A stretch of DNA of 64,000 nt from Candidatus Thorarchaeota archaeon (GCA_963726195.1 CAVSBO010000010.1:56139-120138), one strand, 5' to 3'. Positions 39,645 to 51,473 are shown, counted from the first letter of the stretch. The notes: generated from the letters alone by a model not told the origin. Numbers and translations are program-made.

Positions 39645-41880
39645 TGTTCTCTATCCTCAAAGTCTTCCAGCAGTGTCTGTGCTGAATCGGCGGCGTCTTG
39701 CTCTCCCGTTGTAATCGACAGTTCCCTGTTGCCCTCGTCGACCCCGAGACCGAGTTGCTGCTTTATTGATTCTGCAATGGAGGGCCCAATCGATGGTACT
39801 CTTGCTATCTGCTCGAGAGACGCCCGAGACAGGTCTGATAGTGTCTTGAAGCCATGGTTATGTAGCATCCTACCTCTTACCCGTCCTATCCCCCTCAAGC
39901 TGACAAGCTCGATAAGCTCGGGTAGTACGCCATCTCTGACACGAACCCTAAGAGATTGCAGAGACGGCGCCAGCTGCCACGCTCCTACAACTCGGGCAAT
40001 CTCAGATGCTGAATATGCTAGCCATTCTGCAGCTTCAACGTGACGGTAGATGTCGCCCATTCCCACATCGTAGTCCTCTGTAATGTCTCTCTCGGTGCGC
40101 TCTGATATCCAGTCATTCAACATGCGAGCAGTCTTCACTTGAGCAAGATACTTGGAATAGGATTCGTCGTCCGTCCATTCGTCTGGAGGAGCAACTAGTA
40201 GCTCGTCCTCATGAGCCGCCACGAATGCTTCGTAGTCCTCTAGTTCAGCCTGTGTTACACGGACGAGAGGCTCATCAGGAGTGCTGCATATCAGATGAAG
40301 GATACCGATTGGGGTAGCTTCCGTAATGGTTGGCAAGACATTCCGGAATAAGATTGCAGTGAGAGGATCAATGTACAGCTTTGCGGCCTTTTCACCCAAG
40401 GGCGTCGCATACAAGTGCTCAGATTCGCCGCTCCCTATCAGCTTACCTTCCTCAAGGAAAGTCAATGCGGATGAGACATACTCATCTATCTCGTGGCTAC
40501 TGAACTGAAAGGAGAAGAATGTACCCTGCATGAGTTGGTCAATTTCGTTCCTGTTGGAGACTGTCTTCCCAGCTATGGCGGTCAGTAGATGAAAACGGAT
40601 TGCGGACTCTGACGCCAGCTTTGACTTGATGTCCTCTGGTTCCGCAGAAACGTAGTGATCCATGAGAAAATCGTACTCTTCCTCTGTGCGCGCCACTAAG
40701 ACGGATTCTCCATATTTGTCATATTTCGGACGACCTGCACGACCAGCCATTTGCTTGTATTCTAAGACAGGGATTGGTTGATTGCCGCGTTCCTCATCGA
40801 ATCGACGATAGTCACGGACTATAACACGTCTCGCTGGAAGATTTATTCCTGCCGCAAGTGTCGGCGTGGCCACAATCACCTTGAGAAGATTCTGTTTGAA
40901 GCATTCCTCTACGGCTGTCCGTTCTTGAGAAGCCAAACCCGCATGATGAAATGCAATACCGGTCTTCAGTAGCCTAGCAAGAATCTTGGATGACTCGGGG
41001 GCATGAGGGCCTCCTCCAATCCTATCGGACACTCGCGACAGCTCCTGTAAGGCTTCTCGTGACAGGTATGGACGCACAGAAGGTGCAATCTTGCTTGCCA
41101 CAGAGACCGCAGAACGTCGACTTGAGACAAATGTCAGAACCTGACCCTTCTCATCTAAGGTATCACATACAAGATCGATTAACTCCTCTCCACGCGTCCT
41201 CCGGACAGTTCTCGAAGAACCGTCACTAAACCTAATCTTGCCATCGAAGAGGATACCTTCGCTAAGAGGTACGGGTCTCCAAGTGCTCTTAATGAGTTCT
41301 GCTTTCAACCAGCCAGCAATCTCCTCTCCATTCGCTATTGTGGCGCTTAGAGCGATTACTTGGACGCCGGGTATCATCTTAGTGAGTTTCGCAACCACCA
41401 TCTCAAGGGTTGGGCCCCTAGACGGATCGTTAACCAAATGAATCTCGTCAGCAATGAGCACAGCAATGCTACGCATCCACTCAGGATCATGACACACCAA
41501 CGAATCGGCTCTCTCCGTAGTGAGCACCAAGATGTCAGCATCAGACAATTTCGCCCCTGGAGAGTCATAGTCGCCGACTGACATCGCGGTCGTTATGCCC
41601 AGTGCCTCATATTTCGAGAACTCATTGTACTTTTCGCGTGCCAGTGATTTCAGTGGCACAAGGTATACTGCCTTTCCTCTTCCGTCCAAGATTGCCTTAA
41701 GCATGCATATCTCCGAAACAAGCGTCTTGCCAGAACTCGTGGGGATTGCTAGAACCAAGTTCTTGCCATCCAAGACTCCTGTGTCAAAAGCTTGTTCTTG
41801 AGGAGGAAAGAGTGAGACACACCGCTCTCGCGAAGTAAGGAAATCACACGCTGGTTTATCGGTATCTCATCAAGATGCGT
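39641..41880 (-). CDS. hel308: Hel308/Ski2-like SF2 helicase; N-terminal frameshift near 41815
   Basis: LFPPQ Q-motif, PTSSGKT, DEIH, ALSAT, HHAGL, TPTLAAGINLP, QMAGRAGRP, C-terminal HhH. Confidence 0.93.
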
Positions 41881-41921
41881 GGTTCTCCGCTCCGTTCAGA
41901 GTCCCTGCAGCTGCCAGCGTC

Positions 41922-44900
41922 TCATATTTGAGCCCTCTTAATCTTGCCCTCCCTTGGGTTGAAGAGGATGCCTTCTGAGACAAGCTTCCTTATGACTTCC
42001 TCAGCTCGCTCTTTTGAAAGGCCCATCGAAGTGACTCTTTGAAGCAATGCATCCTCACTGACTACAGGAGTACCCTCGGCTTCCATGTCCTTTATGGCCT
42101 TCAGGATGATGTCCGAAGAGCTTCTCTGGGCAGCACTCATCTTGGATACCAAGCGGTCTATGTCAATCTTTCCTGTTACAGTGTCGAATGCGACCATCCT
42201 GAGTGATTCTTGCATTAGTCGTACTGCCGCTTGAGCGTCCTCTTTCGTTACCTTGGGCCGTAGGGCCATCCTAGCCCTTGCTTCTGCTAGTCTGACAAGA
42301 GACTCTAGCTGACGTGCAGTTATCGGAACTGGTGCTGCACCACCCTCAGCGCTCTTCCGCAAATCAACATAGAAGTCTTCCATCACTTCAGCAGCTTCAG
42401 GAGTAAGCTGAGGGATCACGTATCTATTCGCAAAGCCAATGTACTTCTTGAGAAATTCCGGTGGGATGGGAGAAGTTGAATCCTTAGTCGGATTCTTCTT
42501 CCTCTGATGCATGTTCAGAATGAACTGAGCCAGCTCCCTGTCCTTTGTCGGTTCAACTGTATCGACTAGAATCCAAATCAGGTCGAATCGTGACAAAATC
42601 GTGAATGGAAGTTTTATATTGTCTTGCATCGACAGAGATGGCTCGTATCTACCAAGGGCAGGATTCGCTGCGGCCAAAATCGATGTTCTGGCATTGAGTG
42701 TGGCTACGATTCCGGCCTTGGCTATGCTCACGGTATTGTGAAGTATCACCCCATCGCTAATGAAACAGTGATTAGGTTCAACGGTCACATCATACGCATA
42801 GGCCGATTTCATACGACCATTGTTTGGAACTTTCTCGATCTTTCTGACACGCAGAAAAGCGATGTTGCTTTCGAGCATTGCATCGATTTGCAGGATTCTC
42901 TGAGATAATAGCTCTAGTTCCTCTTGGACCGCCTTCCCGAGTGAAGCTATTATGCATTCAATGACAGTGTTGGAATAGCCTCCATGTTCAGCATAGCTCA
43001 TCACCGACCTTTTCTTGCTGATTTTCTCAGCTGCTGTTGCTTGCGACCAATGAACTATCTGCCTCAAGGACTTCGGAGTTTGGGGACTGTTATCAAAATC
43101 GACCTGCGATTTCGCAAGTTCTTCCTTAAGGATCTTAAGATGACTTTTCAGAACATCTCTCGTAATACCAAATCCTTCATGAAGACACCGATAGAACTCG
43201 CCATGGTAACGCATACCCATTTGTTGATAGAGAGACTTCAGCACTGCCCCAAAGTAGGGCGGATATGCATCATGGTTGTAGTTAGACCTATCTGAACGAA
43301 CTACGATTCTCTTGATTTTCTCAATTCGGGGGTCCCAGTCTTCTATGAGTTCCTTGTAGAAAAGTGGAAGACTACTTCCTCGAACATACACCTTGTATGA
43401 ATCATTGTGAATGTCATGAACAATTCGGCTCTGGATTCCAATGCAGAGAAGTAGGTCTTGATAGTCATAGGCTAGTCCTTGGGAGGCAGTCCGATAACAC
43501 ATACCTGTCGACTCTACGCTGCCATCGCCGAGAAACGCAGTCCGTAGTAGATTACGGACCACCTTTTCTCCCGAGACAAATGCCTGTGAGGGAATCCGCT
43601 TGTTCCTAGCCAGAGCCATTACTTCGGGAAAGTTCCTATTGAAGAAATCACGGAGCCGAGCTGAAACAAAACGAATTGTACGATTCTTGGTAACATAGTC
43701 GATTCCTTTCAGTCCAAAGGTATCTTCCATTAGATTCAGGATTTCTTCTTTAATCGGATTGGAGGTTGTTGAGAAGCCAAACTCGGCGGATGAACCGTCG
43801 TAACTGTATCCCTCCGTGATGAAGTACCCAAGAATGCGTGCAAGCTGTGGGGAGAGCCTATTAGGAAGTGTAATTGGAGTGGCAAGTGGATGTGTTGTTA
43901 CGCATTGCGATAGTGCCGCGCCCGGATTATGCCCACATGGTTGCATCCGCGGCGCAGGAACAAAAGCGCCAGCTTGAAGGTCAGAAGCAAAGACCGTGCT
44001 TATCTTGTCGTCCCGGAAAACGAAGACGGGGTGATCGGGAGTGACAATCACGTCCCTTCCATTGTCATATGTAATCTTGACAAAGTGACTGGGAGCAGGG
44101 TGTCGACTCACTCTGTCAACATTGGTCATTCCTATCCCTGAGAAGTCAGTTGTGTAGACTCCTAGGTCTAGTCCCTGCGTGTCAAGTATTTCACAGTTTA
44201 CACCCTTGACCACTCTAGATGAGTGGTCTTCAAACAACTTGTCCACAAGATTGCCAATAGGCCTTCGGGACCCATCAGAAAGATAGATTTCGGAAGAGGG
44301 ATGGAAACTATGCTGCTCCATCGCCTCATGAATTGAAGTCCGGTCATCAGGGTCCATTTTGTCGAATTCATCGATACACGCGACGCCCTGATCTGCCAAC
44401 ACTAACGCTCCGGCCTCCAGAGTCATTGCCCCCGTGTCTGTGTCGTGAATGACTGCCGCTGTCAGGCCCGCAGCAGTCGTTCCCTTCCCGGAAGTATAGA
44501 GACCACGCGAAGCCAGTCCTGCAACGAATTTCAGAATTTGGCTCTTTCCCGTGCCGGGATCGCCTATCATGAGAATATTGGACCTTCCACGAAGACGTGT
44601 GCCATCGGAAAGCACCTTCTCGACGCCACCGAACAGCAGTAATGCAATCGACTCCTTCACTTGCTCATGGCCTTGAATTGAGGGCGCAATTGAGGCATAG
44701 ACTCTTTCGTGAACAAAGGGGTCTTCTGCCAGCTCACGTATGCGTTTCTCGTCCTCTTCGGATATCTCCACTTGCTCGTACTCCTTCTCTGCAATCTCGG
44801 CACCATTTGCCTCGATGAAGATGTTGAAAGTGGCCAGACGACCCCCATGGCGAGAGAAGTCTGGCGATGTCTGGAGGATACCCGTCAGCTTCACCAAGTC

Positions 44901-45569
44901 GCCGGGTCGAGAGACATCTACAATGTCGCCTCCGAATATCACATCGACAAATCTCGGCATCTGCCCGGGTGGCAGCTCTTCTGGCGACTCTTGCACCCTA
45001 ACCTTTTGCCAGTCAATGAACCTTGATTGTTCAGGAATAAGCCGCATGGCTGTCTTCTTCCCGCATGTAGGACACAATGGCGGCTCGGTGTAACGTCCTT
45101 CCTCCTGCGTCTGAGGGATATCTTGCCCACAGACTCTACACCTGAAGACAGCTTCCACAAGAAGAGGCTTGACCTCACTTGCGCGCATCAGAATCCCATT
45201 GATTTGTATCAGCTTGCCTATGTGCTTGGAACGAATGTGTCTCAGAGGAACGTGTTCGGAATAATTGATTATGCGAATCTTTATTGTGCTCACGTCGAGC
45301 TTCTCAACATAATCCGGGTCATCGGTCCCTAGAATAGAGAGCAAAGCACTGCTCGCATCTGCAAGGAATTTCTGAGGATTCTCAGATGCTAAGACGGCAA
45401 ACACATTATCGAAACTGACTAGGTCCTGAAAGTCAACCAACAATGATGTTTCATCATTGAGCGACATCTGCTGACACTTGGGCCAGTATACCTTAGTACC
45501 GTGCTCATCTTTGTAAGTGCGCAGAAACTCTTCGAATCTCTCTTGTGGGCCTTCGTCAGTGCGGGACAT
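41922..45569 (-). CDS. mcm: MCM replicative helicase containing one intein
   Basis: GDPGTGKSQ, TAAGLTAA, CIDEFDKM, HEAMEQ|TVSIAKAG, LSRFDL, ITARQLE. Confidence 0.97.
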   Translation of the reverse strand: MSRTDEGPQERFEEFLRTYKDEHGTKVYWPKCQQMSLNDETSLLVDFQDLVSFDNVFAVLASENPQKFLADASSALLSILGTDDPDYVEKLDVSTIKIRIINYSEHVPLRHIRSKHIGKLIQINGILMRASEVKPLLVEAVFRCRVCGQDIPQTQEEGRYTEPPLCPTCGKKTAMRLIPEQSRFIDWQKVRVQESPEELPPGQMPRFVDVIFGGDIVDVSRPGDLVKLTGILQTSPDFSRHGGRLATFNIFIEANGAEIAEKEYEQVEISEEDEKRIRELAEDPFVHERVYASIAPSIQGHEQVKESIALLLFGGVEKVLSDGTRLRGRSNILMIGDPGTGKSQILKFVAGLASRGLYTSGKGTTAAGLTAAVIHDTDTGAMTLEAGALVLADQGVACIDEFDKMDPDDRTSIHEAMEQHSFHPSSEIYLSDGSRRPIGNLVDKLFEDHSSRVVKGVNCEILDTQGLDLGVYTTDFSGIGMTNVDRVSRHPAPSHFVKITYDNGRDVIVTPDHPVFVFRDDKISTVFASDLQAGAFVPAPRMQPCGHNPGAALSQCVTTHPLATPITLPNRLSPQLARILGYFITEGYSYDGSSAEFGFSTTSNPIKEEILNLMEDTFGLKGIDYVTKNRTIRFVSARLRDFFNRNFPEVMALARNKRIPSQAFVSGEKVVRNLLRTAFLGDGSVESTGMCYRTASQGLAYDYQDLLLCIGIQSRIVHDIHNDSYKVYVRGSSLPLFYKELIEDWDPRIEKIKRIVVRSDRSNYNHDAYPPYFGAVLKSLYQQMGMRYHGEFYRCLHEGFGITRDVLKSHLKILKEELAKSQVDFDNSPQTPKSLRQIVHWSQATAAEKISKKRSVMSYAEHGGYSNTVIECIIASLGKAVQEELELLSQRILQIDAMLESNIAFLRVRKIEKVPNNGRMKSAYAYDVTVEPNHCFISDGVILHNTVSIAKAGIVATLNARTSILAAANPALGRYEPSLSMQDNIKLPFTILSRFDLIWILVDTVEPTKDRELAQFILNMHQRKKNPTKDSTSPIPPEFLKKYIGFANRYVIPQLTPEAAEVMEDFYVDLRKSAEGGAAPVPITARQLESLVRLAEARARMALRPKVTKEDAQAAVRLMQESLRMVAFDTVTGKIDIDRLVSKMSAAQRSSSDIILKAIKDMEAEGTPVVSEDALLQRVTSMGLSKERAEEVIRKLVSEGILFNPREGKIKRAQI
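42735..44309 (-). mobile_element. 525-aa intein with LAGLIDADG homing endonuclease
   Basis: Starts SFHP, block B VTPDHP, ILGYFITEG and AFLGDG LAGLIDADG motifs, YDVTV...ILHN followed by Thr. Confidence 0.93.
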
Positions 45570-45680
45570 CAGTTCCAGCCTCGATAGTCATGCTCCAAAT
45601 CAAGCAGTTAGTATAGCATCGGGTCTGAGTCTAATGCTTAGTCATATTGACTCGTATTTAAGCTCCTGTGTTAACTCTCA

Positions 45681-46259
45681 TTAGGTCATCAGATTGTCAC
45701 GCCATTCAGACAAGAGATGTGCCAGCTGTTCGCACAGCCAGCGCTCTTCGTTGGCCATTTGCTTGCGCATCTCAAGATAAGCGCCTGACTTCGCCGTACG
45801 TATTATCTTGGACATCCGAGACTCAAGTAGGAAAGGAATGAGCCGCTTCAGTTTGTCGATTTCCTCATAGCTCCTCGGGTCTAGGGACGTCTTGTCACTC
45901 TGGAGGCGGAGCAACTTGCGACTGAGAGCGGCGTAGAGATATGGATGGAATGGCTGAAGCTTGTGAGGCACTTTCTCTTCGGCCAGGTAGAGATTCTCAA
46001 CTCGTCTCACGGATTCGTATGCATCCTCTGGGACCAGGTCGACAATGTCATGTTTCAAGAGCTTCTCGATTATCCAGTTAGGCAGGTCTGCGTGATCCCC
46101 TTCGTGGAAAGGACCGAGCTGACGACCATCAACGAGAGCCACGGTGAAGTCTTTTCTGAATATGCATCCACGCATATCGTTCAGAAACGTCATTCTGAAC
46201 CTGTCTACCACTTCCTTGACATCGTCGCGGGGCTTCATAATATTCATCCAAGAGCCCAT
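45681..46259 (-). CDS. GINS subunit (Gins23-like)
   Basis: N-terminal B-domain LGPF.EG...LPNWI, then helical A-domain R..KIIR.A...EER. Directly upstream of mcm. Confidence 0.78.
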   Translation of the reverse strand: MGSWMNIMKPRDDVKEVVDRFRMTFLNDMRGCIFRKDFTVALVDGRQLGPFHEGDHADLPNWIIEKLLKHDIVDLVPEDAYESVRRVENLYLAEEKVPHKLQPFHPYLYAALSRKLLRLQSDKTSLDPRSYEEIDKLKRLIPFLLESRMSKIIRTAKSGAYLEMRKQMANEERWLCEQLAHLLSEWRDNLMT

Positions 46260-46446
46260 CTGGATTACATGTCATAAAGAGCTTGCTGACTAGCTATGCT
46301 TCAGGAAGAAATCACCTCTTGAAGACTGAGCCCTTCTGTCAGAGGATATGCGAAGCCGGTCCGAAGAGTCTTTTAGGGTCACATATCGAACACTCTCTTG
46401 GCTCACAAGGACACTGAGTCTTCATTAGGCTAGGACGACAAAGTCA

Positions 46447-47400
46447 ATGGAAACGGATCTCTGGACGGAGAAGTACAGGCCTCAGACACTAAAAGAAATC
46501 GTCGGCCAGCAATCGGTCATTGAGAGTCTGGTCAGGTTCGTTGAAACAAGAAATATCCCGCATTGCTTGTTCGCAGGTCCACCCGGTACAAGCAAGACAA
46601 CAGCTGCGATAGCAATGGCCAAGGACCTGTTTGGGAACTCCTTTGACCGCAACTTCATGGAACTGAATGCAAGTGATGAAAGAGGAATTGAGGTAGTGAG
46701 AAACCAGATCAAGCATTTCGCTCGGACTCTGCCAACAGAGAATGCGCCATTCAAAATCCTAGTCCTTGATGAAGCTGATCACTTGACTGGCGACGCTCAG
46801 CATGCCCTGAGAAGGACAATGGAGAGCTACGCATCATCATGTCGGATGATACTGATATGCAACTACTCAAGCAGGATAATCCCGCCCATACAGTCAAGGT
46901 GTGCTATGTTCAAGTTCGCCCGACTGAGTGATACTGATATTGCTGGTAGACTCGAGTACATAGCAAAGAAAGAGGGATTGCATCTTCTATCGAGCGGAAA
47001 AGAGGCGATGCAGTATCTAGCAGAAGGAGACATGAGAACTGCGATCAATCTGCTTCAAGCTGCAGCGTCTGCCAACAAGAAGATTACTGATGCAGTTGTC
47101 TATGGAATCTCTGGTCAGGCTGATCCTGCGAAAGTGCGAGAGATGCTAACCATGACCCAATCATCGAATTACAATGGCGCCCTTCAAGTGCTTGATAACC
47201 TAATGTACCAACAAGGGCTCGCCCCATCGGATTTGGTGCGCCAGATACATCGAGAGATTATTAGAATGGACGTTTCTGAGGATCGAAGAATGAAGATTCT
47301 TGAAAGGACTGCAGAAACAGAGTTTCGGATTGCCGAAGGTGCCAACGGAGAGATTCAGCTTTCGGCACTACTGTCGTTTTTTGGAATAGGCACGGCGTAG
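46447..47400 (+). CDS. rfcS: Replication factor C small subunit
   Basis: WTEKYRP, GPPGTSKTT, ELNASDERGI, LDEAD, IQSRC. Confidence 0.96.
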   Translation: METDLWTEKYRPQTLKEIVGQQSVIESLVRFVETRNIPHCLFAGPPGTSKTTAAIAMAKDLFGNSFDRNFMELNASDERGIEVVRNQIKHFARTLPTENAPFKILVLDEADHLTGDAQHALRRTMESYASSCRMILICNYSSRIIPPIQSRCAMFKFARLSDTDIAGRLEYIAKKEGLHLLSSGKEAMQYLAEGDMRTAINLLQAAASANKKITDAVVYGISGQADPAKVREMLTMTQSSNYNGALQVLDNLMYQQGLAPSDLVRQIHREIIRMDVSEDRRMKILERTAETEFRIAEGANGEIQLSALLSFFGIGTA

Positions 47401-47403
47401 GGA

Positions 47404-48640
47404 ATGGGCGAAGACACCACACCTTGGTCTGAGAAGTATAGACCTAGCAGTATGGATCAACTCGTCGGCAATACCGAAGCGATGCGGGAACTGCGGGATT
47501 GGGTATTGTCCTGGGAAAAGGCGCCTCAGAAGGCGAAAGCCGTCCTTCTGCTTGGGCCACCTGGCGTTGGCAAAACCTCAGCCGTGATAGCTCTCTGTAA
47601 GGATCTGAACGCTGAGCTAGTCGAGTTCAACGCGAGTGACAAGCGCAACAAAGGAGTCATCGAAACGGAAGTCTGGACCGCTGTCACTCAGCAGACACTT
47701 GACGGGCGAATGCGCGTCATCCTCTTAGACGAAATCGATGGATTGTCAGGTACAAGCGACAGAGGTGGTGCGGGGGCAATTCTCAAGGTGATTGCCGAGT
47801 CTGTACACCCAGTTGTGATGACAGCGAATGATCCTGAAAGCCCGCGTCTCAAGGACATCATGAAGTACTGTCGTGTTCTTACAATAAGACCGATTGAATT
47901 ACAGGATATGCTTGGTGTCCTAAAGAGAATAGCTCGCCTAAATGAAGCCGAGATCCCAGACAGGGTTCTTGAAGAACTGGCTGAACATTCGAGTGGAGAC
48001 TTGCGTGCGGCTATATCGGACTTAGAAGCGATTGCCGTAGGTAGCCCATCTTTTGAGCTGAGGCAGCTTGTCTTCGAGAGATGTCCGGAGGGGTATGAGA
48101 GAAACGCTCGGTAGGCTCTTCATGGCCACCAACCCTGCAGTTGCCAAGAGAGTCTTATCAGAAGCAGACGCAGATGAAGAGGAAATGATACTGTGGCTCG
48201 AAGAGAATATGAATCTGCATCTTGCGACCAGCAATGAAAGGAGCCGAGGATATGAAGCATTGTCACTTGCGGACTTGGCACTCGGAAGAATTCGCAGAAG
48301 ACAAACTTGGAGAATGTTGGCTTACATTCAGGATTTCATATCGGTAGGAGTCGTGATGGGACGTTCCGAGACGCCATTCCGAAGAATCGAGTATTCCGAA
48401 CCCTCTTGGCCGCTCTTGGCTTGGCGTGGTGCTAGGAAAACGGATAAGATATCGGAAATCATAACAAAGCTGTCAAACATTGCTGGAGTCTCAAGACGGA
48501 AAGTCACCCGAGCTTACTATGACGCAATTGAACAGACGATAGTAAGAGATCCGAAAAGCGCAGACCTGTTTGCTCGCTGGTTGGGCGTTAGTCGGGCACT
48601 CATCAGCTCGAAAGGAAGTCATCGTTCAGTGCGGACATGA
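47404..48640 (+). CDS. rfcL: Replication factor C large subunit; frameshift near 48065
   Basis: PWSEKYRP, GPPGVGKT, NASDKR, LDEIDG, GDLRAAI, then WLEEN...LSLAD...W in the next frame. Confidence 0.93.
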
Positions 48641-48652
48641 CTTTAGCTGACC

Positions 48653-49417
48653 TCACAAAAAGCTCAGCTGCGTGTTGATGTACTTTCGAACTCTTCTTAG
48701 AGCGAACTTGTTGACATTCATTCGTAACGGAACCACCGCTTCCATGAGCACCAAGCATTCAGGTGCAGCTGGTCTTATGCCGCCATGTATCGTATTTCGT
48801 TGCTGGAGTATCTCGGGAACCAGCTCGGGACTCAGCTCGTTAAGTCCCACGTGGATGAGTAGAGAGACAACCTTGCGGACAAGTTTCCACAGGAAGCTCG
48901 TCCCGAACATATCTAGGGCCATAACTCCTCTTGATTCGCTTATACAGGCATTCAGAAGTGTAGCCTTAGAAGAACGGTTGCCATCACGCTTTGACAGAAG
49001 CGTGAAATCGTGTGTTCCGGCAAGATGCTGTGCTGCGGTCATCATTGATTCTTTGTTGAGTTCAAGGTTGGATGCGTCAAGGTAATATCTATAGTGACGC
49101 ATTATGATGCTTTGGCGGGGTCTGAATCCCGGTGGAGCCACAGCATGTGCCCAAAGTGCTATGTCGTCCGGCAGATGCTTGTTTATCTGATTGATGTCTA
49201 GGGGTTTGTCCGTGGATATCATCACTATCTGGCCGATGCTGTGGACGCCTCCGTCCGTGCGCCCAGACAGCTGTACCGTAGCAGGCGAGTGCTTCTCCCC
49301 GCTCCAGTTCGACATTGCATCGATGAGTGTACCTTGGACCGTTCGCAATCCCGGTTGCCACTGTGATCCATGGTAATTGCTTCCCAAGTAAAAGAGACGA
49401 GCCAAATAGGCAACCAT
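48653..49417 (-). CDS. truA: tRNA pseudouridine(38-40) synthase
   Basis: Y.GS.YHGSQWQP, GRTDGGVH, GTHDF, SFLWKLVR. Confidence 0.92.
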   Translation of the reverse strand: MVAYLARLFYLGSNYHGSQWQPGLRTVQGTLIDAMSNWSGEKHSPATVQLSGRTDGGVHSIGQIVMISTDKPLDINQINKHLPDDIALWAHAVAPPGFRPRQSIIMRHYRYYLDASNLELNKESMMTAAQHLAGTHDFTLLSKRDGNRSSKATLLNACISESRGVMALDMFGTSFLWKLVRKVVSLLIHVGLNELSPELVPEILQQRNTIHGGIRPAAPECLVLMEAVVPLRMNVNKFALRRVRKYINTQLSFL

Positions 49418-49432
49418 CTCAACATAATCTCC

Positions 49433-49726
49433 CTATGATGACCACAAATCGAAGAGATTCTTGAGAGACCTAGCTCTCAAATCCTCAACTCGGTAGCGAT
49501 AGATCTTAATTCGCCCAAAGACCTTCTCTTCGATTAATCCGGAATCGATGAGCACCTCGAGATGGGCCTTGGTTGAACTATGATTCAGCGAGGCCCTCCT
49601 GCAGAGCTCTGATATGTTCAGCTCGCCAGCAACAGCCAATTCCCTGAGAATCCTTACTCGTCCCTTGGATGAGAACAAGTCCTCTATGGGCACCCGTGAA
49701 CCGGGTTCCTTCTTCATGTTTGTCAT
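49433..49726 (-). CDS. Small wHTH (ArsR-like) protein coupled to cdc6-2
   Basis: LFSSKGRVRIL...ELNISEL...HL..L...GL..EK.FGRIKIY. Confidence 0.8.
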   Translation of the reverse strand: MTNMKKEPGSRVPIEDLFSSKGRVRILRELAVAGELNISELCRRASLNHSSTKAHLEVLIDSGLIEEKVFGRIKIYRYRVEDLRARSLKNLFDLWSS

Positions 49727-50935
49727 CAGCCTCCCTGTGTCGACTGAAGCAAGTCTAGAAGAAAACGTTCTAGCATGTCTGCAGGAACGTCTGAAAGCCC
49801 CACGAGGGTCGTCTGCCCTCTCTGACCCGCCCCAGATCGTCTGGTGTCAATCAACCCATGTGCGTTCAGGTCTTGAACCCACTCCCACACTTGAGTGTGT
49901 GCGCGCGGTTCCACTCCATACTCCTCACATACTGTGCGATACATCTCTTCCACTTCGCCTATTGTGGCGTAGGCACTACGAATTTCCTTGAGAGACCTGC
50001 TGGCGGCTGAGCAGTAGAAGCTTGCTTTGAACGGGAAGTGTTGTGAAAACCTCCTTCCTCAGCTCGGGATGTGTGTCAGCTTTTGCCTGACGAGCATAGT
50101 CTGGAACTACAACTTTCGATTCATCACGATCTGCCTGTTTTCCGGCCCGCCACAGCAGCTCAATTGCGTACCTAGCATCGCCGCGTTCGGAAGCAATGTC
50201 AGATATAACCTGAAGAGTCTCGTCCATTATGGTGTTTGGTTGAAATGCTAGTGCGACACGGTCCTTCAGGATGTCATAGAGAGCCTCAGAATCGTACTTG
50301 TCAAACTTCAGAATGTTACGCTGTAGAGTGCTGAGTATACTCCGGTCGAACGAACTCTCATCAATGGCAATGTCTCTGCCGACTCCAATAATCGAGACTC
50401 TCTGAGGTGCGTTTAGCCTATCGTCAATCAACCGGGTCAGATCATAGAGAATCTCAGCGCCTCTCTGTTTGATGAAGTAGTCGAGTTCGTCGAGAATCAA
50501 CAGAACGTACCTGTCCTGCGAATCGATAACTTCGAGAACCATCTGCAGGATTTCTTCAGGCGAATGGCCTCTGCGCGGAAATCCCGAATTGAACTCGCGT
50601 AGAATTCGAAGGTATACAAGATAGGTGCTCTTGTTTACACGGCAATTGATGTGCAGCTTGTGCAGACGAATGCCCCTTCGGCTTGCAGCCTGAACCATCT
50701 GCTCGGAGAATCGTTTGGCCACAGCGGTTTTTCCACTGCCAACAGGACCTTCAACCATAAACTTCTGACTAGTATGTCCAGGCGATGTTATGAGCGTCCT
50801 GAAACTCTGTGCCAGAGTCCTGAGTTCCTCTTCCCGATGCGGCAAGGTCTCGGGGACATAATCGGCAGATAGGAACTGCTCTGACTTGAATACACTGTGC
50901 CGACTCAATTCATCCTCAACATAGTCCCGAGGCAT
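49726..50935 (-). CDS. cdc6: Second Cdc6/Orc1 paralogue; frameshift near 50000
   Basis: YVPETLPHRE, GPVGSGKT, LDELD, GDARYAIELL, and the wHTH Y...C......PR.HTQ.W...G.RGQTT in a downstream frame. Confidence 0.93.
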
Positions 50936-51340
50936 TATGGTCCGAGTACAGGTCTTGGTATGAGCTTAAAAGCATTCCGCGCATTGTACGATTAAAAGCA
51001 CAAGGGTGGCAGAGGTGACCGAAACTATTAGTGGCGAGCTCTTCACTCAAGATCCAGATCATCGTCGGAACTCGACTCATCGGGGTCATGACAATCATCA
51101 CTCGCCAGATTCTGAATCTGCTGCATTCACCGTTTATTGTTTTCTGAACAAAGTTGGACACAGGAGTCTTTGTCCGCGCAGAAACGGCACTGGGCTCCAA
51201 CTCCTCGAGGTCATGTTCGTGTCGTTCTAGCCTCAATGATCAGATATCTAATCCAAGCTTTTATACTCCTACAGCTCGATGCCGAAGTTTGTCCAAGTTT
51301 TCAGCAGTTGCCGCATGCCCTTAAGTGTGGCGGCAAATGA

Positions 51341-51440
51341 TGGTGCGACCGCCGGGATTTGAATCCCCGCGGTTTTGAGAAACCGACTCGGGTTGGAAGC
51401 TTGGGAGGCTTCCGTCCTAACCAAACTAGACCACGGTCGC
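51341..51440 (-). tRNA. tRNA-Gly(CCC) with a 23-nt non-canonical intron at 53/54 (51364-51386), CCA encoded
   Basis: GCGACCG acceptor, GAAGC-CT-CCC-AA-GCTTC anticodon arm. The T-arm insert forms a BHB (helix CCCG/CGGG, bulges AGT and GAT). Confidence 0.85.
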
Positions 51441-51473
51441 TAAACGGTTCGACTTGTAGGCCTTGATAAAAGA

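Noticed and set aside
51006-51230. 74-aa ORF or second replication origin upstream of cdc6-2
   Set aside because: No recognisable protein motif and no ORB repeats seen.
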